60,000 bases of DNA, taken from the NCBI GenBank assembly GCA_964187785.1, contig OZ076413.1:47928001-47988000 (forward strand), in the 5' to 3' direction. Under the pieces are notes generated by a model. That model was not told where the DNA came from, did not search any database, and was given only the letters and a program-made list of their open reading frames with translations. Made by a program: the position numbers and the translations under genes. Position 1 is the stretch's first letter. Each line of letters opens with the position of its first letter. The stretch is from Amphiscolops sp. MND2022 (taxonomy: Eukaryota). This document shows positions 11,604 to 25,043 of this stretch, piece by piece.

Positions 11604-13470
11604 AAACCACCAATTTTAGAACTTTTATAAAACGAGCGAAGACCGTGCTTCTGTGTGCGATTGGCTAGGATGGTACCAGTTTTTTAGATGATACGCTCAA
11701 ATGCACTTGTCCATCAGTAACAGTCACAGAGTGGGCAATTTTTATCGTCATTTTAAATTTTTTGGCTGCAATCTTTCGAAACGAACACACACGACTCTTT
11801 GGCTCCTCGACTTTTCATTTCGTCATACTTGGTACTTGGGCCTCTTCGGAAGTGAAACAAGTTCGGTAGCTGCTATCTACCCCTTTGAAGTCCTGCCAAC
11901 AGTACCGACCAGACCAGTGTTGCTGTCCCAGTCAAGCGAATCCCGATCAGAAGCGTTGTTATACCTTGGAATTACACCTAAGTCGCTAAAAGGGCTTGCG
12001 AAAACAAATGCAAGCGTAGATCCGTCGTGGTTCTTGCTGATGAAATGACATTTAAACTCGGTTTGTGCCAATGTTGGCAATTGGTGTTCCTGTGCCTGCC
12101 ATCGATTGGTTTTAGGCGCATCTTCTTCCACCTTTGTCCCACTTGCTCTTTGGATCAAACCAGGCGTGAAACCTGGTCATGCTGGGCGTTGCCCTGCAAA
12201 CTTGCAACTCTCATTTTCTATTCAACTCTGTGATTTTAGATACTGATGTTCTTCCTTTATTTCGGTCAGAGCTTGTCCCATTTTCTTGTTTATGGTCTGT
12301 AGTTTCTTCGTAGAATTTAAAGATATATAAAGAATATATAAACGTAGAATATATTTAATCGAATATATTTAAACGTAGAATATAAAGATCTAACCCGTCC
12401 ATTTGGGCGGAAAGTTTCATCAATCAGTTAAACTCTTCTCAAGAAGCAGGAAAGCCGATTTGCCTCGTTTTGGTACTTCAGTTCCAACTACACTGCAATA
12501 CATCACCTATGTAGCAGACAGTGCTACCTGAATTTCCGCCCAGCCCAGAGTTCACTATTCTAAGTAACGTTAACCTTAGTTCTTGACATATTTCGAAAAA
12601 TGCGCTCCCACACGATGCCTTCCTGGAAACTAACGCGCAAACCCGCTCGCTTTCGCGGATCAAGATAAGAAACAAATTACGTAAGTCTACCAACGGATAG
12701 CATGAATCCGATGGAGTTCCTTCAAAACCTGGTGCCGAAATCGTTCTTCCGTTGGCATATCCAGAAAGTTAAATCCAGTGTTAGTCGTTACCTGATCTTT
12801 CCGACATTTCGGCAAAAACTGCTACAGAAAAACTCTCCGACATTTCGACAAAAACTACAACAGAAAACCTGCGACGTTATCCCATTCTTGATGCAACCGA
12901 CACAATTCCTGCTGCTCGTCGACTGTTCTCTTGTAACGTCCAGCAAAAGGAGCACAAACTACTACTGGGGCAATGTTCAGGTTGCCTGGACAGGATTATA
13001 TGGTCTATTCACAATCCTAAACAACAGTTTTTCTCCCAAAAGTGGTCTCCCAAGGGACTTTTGTAACCTCAGAGAGACCTCTCATTTTAGACCTCCGTGG
13101 CGACATGCGGACAGACTCAAAGTCCAACACGTCACACAAGAACGTGAAAAAAGGTTTCTAGCAAACCTAAGACTTCCTACATACTTCGAGATCTAAAAAT
13201 GGCAAATAGCTATTTCCAAATTAATTCTACTCTGGACAGTTTCCAGTCAAGTTCTTAAAATTGGCTAGCCATTTGTACTACTATAGGAGCAAAACCGAAG
13301 TCGTCAAACCGGCCAAAGTTGTATGCCAAAAAAGGATGTAGCCTCCTTGACAAAGGGTCAAAAGGATGTCATCGAGAAGATGCACAAGGAAAAAAAGGTG
13401 AGAAAAGAACCATCGACGAGGTCGGAAAGCAGCCAAGAACGACCCAAATATAAAAAATCCCAGAAAAAGA

Positions 13471-14001
13471 AGACAAGCCGAGAACGGCCAAAGTCCGCGC
13501 TATATCTAAAGCTCAAAATTGTGAGGCGGGGGACCTTCCGGGCATCGTGAAACTCCAGCTGGTTGCTAAATATGAAAAAAAATTGAAGGGGGACCCCTTG
13601 GTGACTTTAAAAAATTTCCCAAGAAACTTTTGCAAAAAAGTGATTTTCGAACAGTGTCACAGTGCCGAAAAGTGTAAAAGGGGGATCCTTTGGGATTTTT
13701 GACATCCATTGTGTTGCAAAGTATCGAAAGAAATGAAGAGGGGACCCTTTGGTGCAATCCAAAAAATTTCAAAAAAAGTCGCATAGTGCCGAACCTTAGT
13801 GTGTTTTCGAGGTTCTGGGAGTGTTTTTGTTTTCTGGGCGTGTTCTTTTCGTTTTGGACGCGCTTCTGAGGTTCGAGTGTTTTGAGCCTCCATAGTTCAA
13901 GTTGTTGAACAAATGAACAAAAAAGTGGACCTTAAGCGTCTAAAAAAACTACCCACTGTAAGAGTCGGGCACATTTTCTACTAAAATGCGCCGACTAAAA
14001 A
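13471..14001 (+). mobile_element. HINE/DINE-1-like non-autonomous Helentron-type repeat
   Basis: Starts ACAAGCCG..AGTCCGCGC and ends in hairpin AGTCGGGCA..TGCGCCGACT-AAAAA. Same architecture as 52460-53019. Confidence 0.65.
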
Positions 14002-17000
14002 CTGTGATGCAAGAAACCATGCCGGAAGTGGCAATTGACCTCAATGAAGAGGAAGAAAGCAGACCAGTGGTAGTGGACATCACAAGCAGCACCGATGGAA
14101 AGCAAGTAAGAAGTCAATCAATTGAAGTAAAAACTGATAAAGAAGAAAAAGAAGGCAATGAGCAAAACCCCGGAAATGGATCAATCCCGATTGTAGGTAC
14201 TGCCAAGTGGGAAGTGTAGAGAAAACCGAAACACCCTACAAGAATCATTGAGAGAACAAGAGTACCCACGAAGAGGTAAGGAATGGAATATATTCAAGCC
14301 GGTACGGCATCCGACAGAGAATAAAAACAAAACCTAGAAACGTGTACCAGTTTTTAGCATTGTGAAACTGTATTTACCCAGTTTGTTTTGAGTGCTAGTA
14401 ATCCACCAGTTTAATTTTATTGAAAAAACCTGAGGATTTGATGTATGTAAAATTTCTCCTAAAACGAAGAGTGTAGTAGATGTGTGAAAGCAGTTTGTAA
14501 ATAATGTTAAAGTACCAGTGTGACATTTCTGTCTACGGCTTTTGCGTTTTGCCTATGAGCCTTGATAAAAAGCAGCGTAAAAAACAAAACAGTTAATTCA
14601 CATCAACGAAAGACATTCTTAATCCTCTGCTTCTTTTCAAATTCTATTCAAGTTCGCTCCACGTCAACAAAAAGTCAAGTCTATCTGGAGCAAGGAACAA
14701 TAAAGTCTTTTGGGGGTTTTAAGAGTTGTTTAGCTATTTTTTGCAATTAGTGTCAAATTTCTGGTGGATGCTTTTGCTATTGAAAACTAATTTTTATAAA
14801 TATTTGTCCCAAACCTACAGTTGCGCTGATATCGTGGAGCAACCTTGACAGAAACTAACAACTGCCTAACCTAATGTTGGCAGGGGTGTTCAATAAACTG
14901 TTTATATTTAAATAAATTCAATATATTGCAAAAGATTTTCTTTTCGGTAAAATAAAATAGAATAATTTCTTGCAAAATCGCAATTATTGCATCACGTGAA
15001 TTGTCTAGATAGAAGGGTAAAAATACAAATAGTAATAAGGTTTCTATGCATATTGAATGTACGGCATTGTACATTTTCTTTAGCTTGAACTATGTTGTTT
15101 CTAGATGTCATGTAGCTGTAAATTTGTAATATATAAGTAGAAGTACGTCATCTGACGAATTGCTATTTATATCAGCATGAGAAACATGAGAAAGAAAGCT
15201 GTATCATCTGTAAGTCATGGACCAGAACTGTACCATTTTTGGCACGAAGTGCTGAAGAATTGGATATTTAAAAATCTATTTGGGCAGAAAACTTAAAAGT
15301 CCTACTGTCTGTAGTCTTTTTTTGCACAACGCGTATAACTTAAAGCTAGTAGAGGACGCTACTACAACCGGGAAACAAGGGGTCAATATCGAGAAATTAC
15401 TAGTAGTACGACAGTATTAGTTATTGGCACTTGATGTCTCGGAACAACGATTTAAAAAAACGAAGTAGAATCAAGATAACATCAAAAATCGACTATTTTC
15501 CAGAAAAATCCACATTCCAGAAGCCTCCACAATGCCATCACTGAGCGTGTTAACGAAACTTTGCTGCTTCTCCAATATTTTCAGAGGATCAACTTTTTGT
15601 TACATTTGAATGATCCCATTCAGCCAAATTCACGCCACCCATTGAGCCTAAGTGGAATTAATTCATAGATCATTCTGTAAAAACAATGAGTCCTGATCTA
15701 TTTTAGTCTATTTGACCAATTTGGAAAGATGTCGTCATAAAATATTCCTTTTATTTATTCACTGAATAGTTGATTTGTTTATGCTTGTGTCGTGTAACAT
15801 ACTGTGCCGTCAATTGATCAGCTCGTATGTTTGTCGATTCAATCGACCATTTTTAACTTCTTCAGATTAGTTGAATTTCACCCTTCAACAGTCAAACTTA
15901 TATTTTTATGTCTTCCAGCAGTTCCGAAAGCTCTCCAGCAGCGGTGAGATACGCAACCTGTGAGTTACGTAAACCGGTGAGTTACGTATAAGATCTCAAG
16001 GTAGCATATCAATGTACGTTATAACTCTTCTACAACTAGAACAAGAGTAATAATCAATCAAGCGAAATAACGTAAAGAGATATGCTACCTTGAGCCTTGA
16101 GATCTTACTCCAAGTAGTTACAAATCTCAGGAAGTACGGATTTTTGCTGATTTTGGCAATTTTGTGGTAAATTAATGTAACGACAAGCGCCACGAGCTTG
16201 CCATTGCGAGCAGCGGAGAAGTCTGAACCCAGTGCAAAAAAAAACAAGATCTTGCGTATTCTTACATAATCCCGTTCACTCTTTAAAGCCTTGATCAGAT
16301 CTTGTTTCTTCTTGCTTCCCATAGGTTTTTATATTTCTGGATAGGAATCTTGACTGAAGCGTGTCAAAAAAATGAAAAATTTGCTAAAGTAATATTACTT
16401 TGTTTACAATTTCTTTGCTATTATTTCCACTACCAGCCACACTATCATTCTTCGAAGTGATGGTTAAAGAATAACGCAGAGTATCGCAATTCCTAGCTTG
16501 GTTAGTAGCGTTATCAGCTGCGGTATAATAGGTACGGTACGCTGATGAAGACGCAGCTGGCGTTGGGTTTTGTTTTTTTTCTTTCAGTTTTCCTAGCTTT
16601 TCTCTTGAAACTCTTGGCAAGATTTTGCAAGATTGTACACATTCTTGGCGCTCTGGATAGGAATCTTGCCAAGATTCTTACCAAGTGTTTCACAGAATCG
16701 CAAGATTCCATTCAGGGAACTCAAGGGTTTTAACGCTGGGAAGGAATGGGACTTGCACGCCCGGACAGGGTAGCACCTGCCTATTTGCCTGGACATGACG
16801 GGCATTTTGCCTAACCGGAAATACTGTCCAAACATTGTTTTCAAATCAAAGACAAGAAAATTGTTCAAACTAAATGAATGGGACCCAGATTTTATTTACC
16901 CTGTTTGAAAATAGAGCTTGTAGTTTCAGTGGAGGGCATCTCAATTATGCTTTGAATCGTAAAAAATCAAAGTATATATATGTATCAACTATCACAAAAC

Positions 17001-18544
17001 AAAATGACTCAAAGAAATAAGATTGTTCAACTGAACATGAGATCGATTGACAAACATTTCGAAATGAACCATTATTGATTTGCTTTTCTGAAACATGGGC
17101 GGACAATTCATCTGCTGCAGACTTGTAGGCTCTGCAAAGATATCTATCAATAGAATTCTAACAAGAAAAGGCCTGAAAAGGGTGTGGAATTATAAGTACA
17201 AGAGTGATGTTCGAAAGGAAATATTGAATTTGACACTGAATTGGACCCTTACTACAGTGCAATTAAATCGATCAAACCAAGAAGGAAATGAACGCAGTCT
17301 GACTATATATACCCCTTTGGTCAACAAACTGCAGATCCTTAAACAGTTTGAAACTCTGCTTGAGAAATGATGTCAGTTAAACAACTTTTTAATCCCTGGT
17401 GATACGAATACTGACATTCCTAACACTACTGTAGTTAGTGGTAAAAATCTGAAAATTTGAAAATCGAATATCTCCTTCCAAGGTGAATAAAGATCCCACA
17501 AGTGTTACTCCTGCCTCAAAAACACCTCTGGATCTATTTTCACACATTGATTGTCTATGAAGTTTTGATTTTTGGGTCATTAGGGCGATTTCACCGAACA
17601 TTATGCACCCTATGTTCAAGTAAACATTGAAAGCTCTCATGCAATTCGTTCGCAACAACCCATAGAAACAATGTCATTTCTTTAATATGGCAATCAACAA
17701 GGGTATCATTCAAACTACCAGCAGCAATGTCTTGAACTTTCCAATTAATAACATCGATGGAATTGATCGAAAGCCTAGACGATTCACTCATCACGGCAGA
17801 CAACCTGTTCTCTGTCAAAAAAGAAAACAATTCGTGGTGAATACAATAAACCTTGATTCAACAAAACTGTCCAGAAGAACTTTATCCGACGAAAGGTCGC
17901 GTTCAACTTGTACAAAAGATCTCGCCTAACGACTTGTAAAGGCAAATACTAAGAGTTGCTAGACCCAGTTTGTGAACATTTCCGCTCGGGAAAACCAGAG
18001 GACTTCGCAAATTGACTCATACAAATACCAAGTTCTCCGAATTGTTGTGTTCCGTTAATTGAAAATAATTGATAGCTAAAAAGTAGTTTTGTGGTTTGAA
18101 ACTCGTTCAACAAAATAATTTTTCCAAATCAAAACGTTCCATTCACTAATGATGGAGCCCATTCACATCGCAAATCTCTCATCTTTACTGGTCAGTAAAG
18201 AATCTCTGAAATTGTACACAATCTGAAGAGTCATATATCGGCTGGCTAAGATGGGCTCACTCTGAAACGCTCATTGTGCGACTCAATGTGATATGCCATA
18301 AATTGCTCTTCATTGATAATGAATCACTCTCGAGCGGTTTCCCAGATGTTTTCAAAATGTGTTGATGTTCCTATCTTAAAATCTGGGAAAAATTCATATT
18401 TCGACAGTTATACACCAGTTTATATTTCACTAGAACTCAGCAATGATTTCAATTGTGAAGTTTTGGAACGACTATATAATTTCATAGACTTATCCCTGAA
18501 ATTGAAGATTCGTATTTATTGTTGCTGAAAGTGAGCTCCTGGAA

Positions 18545-19850
18545 ATGGTTCTCTTACATAGACCTGAAATCTGCCTACCACCAGCTCCGCTTACTGGAGG
18601 AAGAGAAACATCTAACCGCGTTTTAAGCAAATGGAGAAATATGGCAATTTACCCGGTTAAGGGTAAAAAATGGCGTTCCAGCCTTTCAGAAAGCAATCAA
18701 CACTTTTGTCGATGGACTGAAAGGTATTGCCGTGAATCTCAACGACGTAGTAATTGGTGGTGCAACCGAGGCGGAACAAAAAAACTTCTCAAAAACGTTC
18801 GGATCAAGAGTTGAATTGGCCAACGATCGAAAAAGAAGCATTTGCCGTGGTGTCGTTTGTACAGAAATGTCGGCGGTACTTGCTAGGAAATCGTTTCACC
18901 ATACTGATAGAGCTAGAAGGAGTTTCGTACTTCTTTGACTCAAAACTACGGTCCTCTAATAAAAATAGCAAGTTATGTTGGTGGAGATTAGTACTATCAG
19001 AATACGATTGCGACATACTTTACCGTAAAGGTAAACTGAAAGTAGTAGTTGTTGCGATGAGCCGAGTCAGTGCTTCCTGCTTACAATTGGACGAAACCTG
19101 CTACGACGCCATCGGCGAGGAAAAGAACAAGGAAAAGAACACGATATCACAGGTGAAACAAACTCCATCCTCAAGGCAGTTCACGACAAACTGGGCCATT
19201 CCCGAATAGCGAGATTCGTTGATTTCATCGAACGAATTTTCGATGTACCTAATCAGAAGCAAAACGTCCGAGGCTACATCTAGCAAAGCTCTGTCTGTCA
19301 AGAGCTGAAATCCAGGTTCTTTAAACCACGTTACACTCCACTTATCAGATCCAAACAACCTCGGGAGAAACTGTCTCCCGAAGTCGTAGGTCAGAAGGAA
19401 CGCACACCTGCAGGGAACAAGTACTCTTTAACAGTTGTAGACAAATTCAACAGACTTCCGTGCGCATTTGTTGTCAAAGAAGCCAACACAACAAGCGTCA
19501 ATTCTGCTTTATCGTAACTATTCTTGATCTTCGGTCCTCCATTGGCGATTCATAGCGATCGAGGAAGCGCGCTCCAAGGTTCGGAGTTCAAATCCTTCCT
19601 GGATTGTTGGAACGTATGCAAAACGCGAACCACTCCGTACATTCCAGCCGGTAACGGCCAATCCGAGAGGTTGAACACATTAATCTGGAAGACAGTATAA
19701 CTTTGACTGAAGCAACTTCACTAACCAGCCAAGCTCTGGGACGAAAATATTCCGCAACCTTTGTGCAATATTAGACGTTTGTCGTCGCGAGCAATTGGTT
19801 TCAAAAGTCATCACAACAGTTTGTTGGGATTCACAGGACACTCATCGCTG
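18545..19850 (+). pseudogene. Decayed Gypsy pol remnant (RT, RNase H, integrase fragments)
   Basis: Fragments IDLKSAYHQ (RT), ELNWPTIEKEAFAVV..RRYLLGNRFTI (RNase H) and IHSDRGS..RTTPYIPAGNGQSER (integrase), with multiple frameshifts and stops. Confidence 0.8.
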
Positions 19851-19931
19851 GACCAGAACCATATGTAATCCAAACAAAACTGACGTATCACTACCCTATT
19901 CCAATTCTATGCCCGAATAGAGGTGTCTGGG

Positions 19932-22900
19932 TGTTACGACTTCGGTTCGGGTCGTTGTTCTGTACATTTCTGATTTATTTTTATTGCTTTCTGAAGGACG
20001 TTTCTTCTTTTCTGGCTTCTCGTTAACATCTTGATGACAAAGTTTTCGGATTTATCATTTTTGAATTGAAGGTTGCAAAGTAATTGTTTTAACAAAACAA
20101 AGTAGAGTTTGATACAAGATCGCAGATTGAATCAGAAATTGAATTGAATAGTTTTACAAGTACAAGCTACATATACGCTCCTAGCATCATCTGTTCATAC
20201 TCGCGTACTTTAATTTCCATCGAGATATTAGTCACTTCCTGCAATTTGGCGGCAAAATTTATTTTGTTTTTCAATCCACGTCGACATCTCATCGATTTTA
20301 AAGACACGAAATACTCAATTTGGTATTAGTCATCACACATGATCATATCATTTTATTCCGGCGTCCTTTTATTTCCTCCCAAGCAGGCAGTAGATTTTAA
20401 TTCAGTCGGTCAAGCCGGAAATGATTCCTTGTTTTACTGCTTTGGTTCGCGGGATATTTGACGGGGAATCAACGCTGACGTGAACAACTAATAATTGATT
20501 TTGAATTTCAACTTGAGAAAATGTGACTAATTATTATGATTTAGGCAATTTGGTGATGCTAAGAGGGGGACCGATTTACATGAACCTAAACAATTAAATA
20601 TTTCAACAATTAACAAACATTTTTCCGATTAAAGGTAAGAGCAACACCTTTGAGCAACAATAAAGGACGATGTAACATCGTCAAACAGCCAATGAATTTA
20701 ATAAATTAGGTAATCAAAGCATCCATTTGAAAAGCATGCTTAGACTGCATTTTATTAACACAAATTGAATATAAACTGTGACTCTCCAATATAAGTAGTG
20801 TTAAACCACTTTTTTTAAGTTAGTCTGAAAAATCCTGGCCTAAATACCACATTCCGTTCGAATTCAATTTTAGTCGACGCAATACTGACGTAGAATTGTG
20901 TTTTTTCCAATTTCTAGTATATTAGTTGACGTAGCCTAGACGTAGATTCAAAATTCGGCTAGGTTAGTTGAATTGAAACGTAGTGTTGACGTTGATTCAG
21001 TTTCTAGCTTCGATTAGTGTTTCCGTAGTAAAATAATGCTTCTTTTAAATTTAATACTGACTAAAGCGCGTAATTTCATAAATTTGCAACGTAGTGTTGA
21101 CCAAAATTTGGAATGAAAATCAAGCTAGCTGCCGTAGCTGTGACGTAGCGTTGACCAAAATTTAGAATGAAATCTACCTAGCTGCGAAGCTGTGACGTAG
21201 CGTTGACCAAAATTTGGAATGAAATCCAGCTAGCTGCCGTAGCTGTGACGTAGTGTTGACAAAAATTTTGAATGAATTGAATTACAGCTAGCTGCCGTAG
21301 CTGTGACGTAGCGTTGATCAAAATTTGGAATGAAATCTAACTAGCTGCCGTAGCTGTGACGTAGCGGCGGCGCAAATTCATTCGTATTGACGAAGCGGTG
21401 TAGTAGATTAGCTTTAGTTTGTTTTTAATCCAGTCCGGGCGCGGAATGTGACAGGGCCGCTGTCATGGGACAAATGGTTCTCGAGGGCTTGATAGAATAG
21501 AAGAGAGGATGTTGGAGACGAATTTTACTGTCACTTTTTGGTTATCGAGTTATTTTGTTTCCTTCAATCTTAAACGTTGACGTAATTTCATTCTTTTTGC
21601 GGTGGATACTTCTAATGATATGTCTCAGTTGTATTTTGCAGGAAAATGATTAAAGTTTTACTGTCATCACTACGTATGAACGGGAATGTGTGAAGTTATT
21701 TCGGTATGTTTTAAGTTCTGAATTCACTTATAATTTAGATTTTGATGGTCTTAACTTGTCACAGCTTATTTCAGTTTAATAATATAGTCTAACTGTTTTC
21801 ATAATACACCCATAATCACGGCCAAACTGTGCCTCTTGGCAACAAGATTCCAGTCCGGACGCGGACTGTGACAGGGCCACTATCACGGGAAGAAGAGATC
21901 TCGTGGGGTTGTCGAAATTGAAGAGAGGATTTTTTGGGTTGTACGCTTTCCCGGAGGAATGTGAGATTTCCGTTCCCACTCTGTGATTCGGTAGAGCACT
22001 TTTTGGGAGTGCGTAGAAGCTGTATTTTAATTCCATTGTAATCCCAGGTGTTGATGTTTTGCCAACGTCGCGTATTTATTGGCCACAAATTAAATTAATT
22101 CGTTCGACCAAAGTTGTCAACGTTCTGCTGACGTCAATTTCGTTAGCGATTAGCCATTTTCAATTTTATTTGTCACCGTTTTGAAGACGTCAATTTCGTT
22201 AGCGATCAACCAAATTCAATTTTATTTGTCACCGTTTTGATGACGTCAATTTTGTGTTTGTTAGCGTTTTGCTAACGTCTGTTTTTATTTGTTATTTTCC
22301 TTTTTCATTTTCGGTCACTGTCGACTTCATAAAGACGTCGTATCAGTATTGGGCTGTTTTGACCCTGGTCAATTATGACGTCACTTGCGTCATTGTTTAT
22401 GGGCTGTTTGAACCCGGTCATTTTCAGATCCATTTGATCTTAGAAGATCATGATTTGCAAAGTGATAATAGGACTCATATTTGTTTTCTGAGGGAGATGT
22501 GCGTATTAGTGACGCCGGCGCGCTGGTTATTCAACAACCCGTAGGATTGTAACATTCCCCGTTCCATTAAGCTTTTGTGAATCATACAAAATTGCAGATA
22601 GGCTTTTTCTGTCTTTGTATCTTCACAGCTTAGCTTTTCTGACGCGTCAATTCGGGAATGTGTGCTTCAGAAACTAGGCCATTGTAATTTTTTGAACGCA
22701 CATCTCAGCCTCAGGAAGAGTGTACTTTTTTAACTTACCAATGTGAGCTAATTCTCCCGTCTCTGGGCAACGGTATTTACCCAGAGAGTATGTTGCCAGC
22801 TTTTGGAACCTCATTTTGTGGTAATCGATGTCCTCGACAAGTGTTGGACTGCATCTGACGATGTACTGACGGGTTCGTTGTTGTTGGTGTAGTCGTCGAA

Positions 22901-23797
22901 TTTTAACTCGTTTATTATCAGTAGGTCAACAAGTAGTCTCCATTTGGCGTTTGGGTTGCGTTGCTTTGTTCGTCTTTATTTCCAGGGTGAAGAGTATCCA
23001 CGATGTGGAGGGACGCTCTTTGGACATTGGGTGGTTCTGAGGTCTTCCTGAAAACATTTATTGAGTGGTCCAAAACTCCTGTCACCATGTTACGACTTCG
23101 GTTAGGGTCGTTGTTCTGTACATTTCTGATTTATTTTTATTGCTTTTTGAAGGACGTTTCTTCTTTTCTGGCTTCTCGTTGAAATCTTGATGAAAAGGTT
23201 TTCTGATTCATCAATTTTGAATTGAAGGCTGCAAAGTAATTGTTTTAACAAAACAAAGTAGAGTTAGATACAAGATCGCAGATTGAATCAGAAATTGAAT
23301 TGAACAAGCTACATATACCCTCCTAGCATCATCTGTTCATACTCGCGTACTTTAATTTCCATCGAGATATTAGTCACTTCCTGCAATTTGGCGGCAAAAT
23401 TTATTTTGTTTTTCAATCCACGTCGACATCTCATCGATTTTAAAGACACGAAATACTCAATTTGGTATTAGTCATCACACATGATCATATCATTTTATTC
23501 CGGCGTCCTTTTATTTCCTCCCAAGCAGGCAGTAGATTTCAATTCAGTCGGTCAAGCCGGAAATGATTCCCTGTTTTACTGCTTTGGTTCGCGGGATATT
23601 TGACGCGGAATTTACGCTGACGTGAACAACTAATAACTGATTTTGAATTTCAAACATGAGAAATAGTGACTAATTATTATGATTTAGGCAATTTGGTGAT
23701 GCTAAGAGAGGGACTGATTTACATGAACCTAAACAATTAAATATTTCAACAATTAACAATCATTTATCCGATTTAAGTTATGAGCAACACCTTTGAG
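19932..23797 (-). mobile_element. Non-autonomous LTR element related to the Gypsy at 1-5250 (3' LTR 19932-22554, 533-bp internal region, truncated 5' LTR 23088-23797)
   Basis: 19932-20654 is repeated at 23088-23797. The 3' LTR has TGTTAC...GTAACA termini, with a PPT (GGAACGGGGAA, 22565-22555) and PBS (23087-23075). The internal region holds short RT and gag fragments homologous to about 850-945 and 3835-3855. Confidence 0.75.
21091..21365. repeat. Tandem repeat, ~53-bp unit, 5 copies, inside the LTR
   Basis: Unit GTAGCGTTGACCAAAATTTGGAATGAAATCCAGCTAGCTGCCGTAGCTGTGAC. Confidence 0.9.
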
Positions 23798-24528
23798 GGC
23801 AAGCGTGCATACGGAGTGTATGCCTTTGATCTAATTGCTTGGATCTAATTTTATCTAAAGTACTTAGGTCTAACCTCTTTATAATTTAATATGTGTTCTG
23901 AAAGCGAAAATATAATGTGGGGCATATGCGATGTATGCACGCTCGCCCTCACCGTCGGAAAGACGAGCTCCCACTACGATCGCTTCGCGACCTCCGTTCC
24001 CGCTAGGTCTTTGCTCCTGTTCGACCTCGCTTAGCAAGATGGGATTATAAGCGGCCCCAAGTTGCCGCGGGGAACTAGAGGAAATAAGAACATCCGAGGC
24101 ACGTTTTATACTTTATATCACTTTTTAGTTTTAGATCCTAATTGACTTATTTTTTTCTCAAATTAGATCAAAAAAGAAGAGATTTTTAGACCTGAATATT
24201 TAGATCAATTTATTTTGATCTCAGTTTTGCCCTCTCTCTTAGATCTATTTCATTAGACCTGATTACACGTAGCTCGTGCATGCATCGGATATGCCCCACA
24301 TTATATTCTCGGTTTCAAAAAGTCTGTTTTTGCAGATGTAGACAACTGCCTTGTCCACTTTGCTGAATTTCGATGCCTACTTTGTCGAATTCGATGCCCA
24401 CTTTGCCGAGTTTCGATGCCCACTTTGCCGAAAAAAAATTCGGCAAAATGGGCAAGGTAGGGACACTTTGCCGAATTCGGCAAAATGGGTTTCGGCAAAC
24501 TGTCACATATTCTTAGTTTGTTTTTAAT

Positions 24529-25010
24529 GGCGGTGGGCGTTTGGATCGAATGAATTTGCGCGAATATGCAATCTGTCACTGAGATCGAAGTAAAATGGTC
24601 AAAGAAAATGAGATCGAATCCATGTTTTCAAATACCTACCGTTTTCAAATAACAATGTTTTTGGCCGTCGGATATGCCCCCCATTTCCTCTAATGCCCGC
24701 GGCCCCTTGGGGCCGCTTATGTTCCCATCTTGCTAAGCGAGGTCGAACAGGAGCAAAGACCTAGCGGGAACGGAGATCGCGAAGCGATCGTAGTGGGAGC
24801 TGGTCCTTGCGACGGTGAGGGCGAGCGTGCATACACCGTATATGATCCCATATTAGGTGGGGAAAACTACCTAAATAATTTTATACGCTTTTAAACACTT
24901 TACAGGAGCAAAAACCTAGCAAAACCGGAATAAATCGATCTCAAAACCTTCGATCCATTTTCGATCTCGCTTTTCGCTCTCACAAAAATTCGATCCAAAA
25001 ATACCCCACC
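24529..25010. mobile_element. MITE with 9-bp TSD (Mutator-like)
   Basis: TSD GTTTTTAAT at 24520-24528 and 25011-25019. Imperfect TIR GGTGGG..TTTGGATCGAAT. Confidence 0.75.
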
Positions 25011-25043
25011 GTTTTTAATCCAGTCCGGGCATTTCGATGCCCA

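Noticed and set aside
11630..13450. ORFs 11701-12048 and 12702-13196, and a PBS-like TGGTGCCGAAA at ~12730
   Set aside because: No recognisable domain or adjacent LTR could be established.
17389..17930. Ankyrin-like or other host pseudogene fragment
   Set aside because: Only vague resemblance, with many stops.
21091..21365. Regular repeat array resembling CRISPR
   Set aside because: Head-to-tail tandem units without unique spacers, eukaryotic context, no cas genes.
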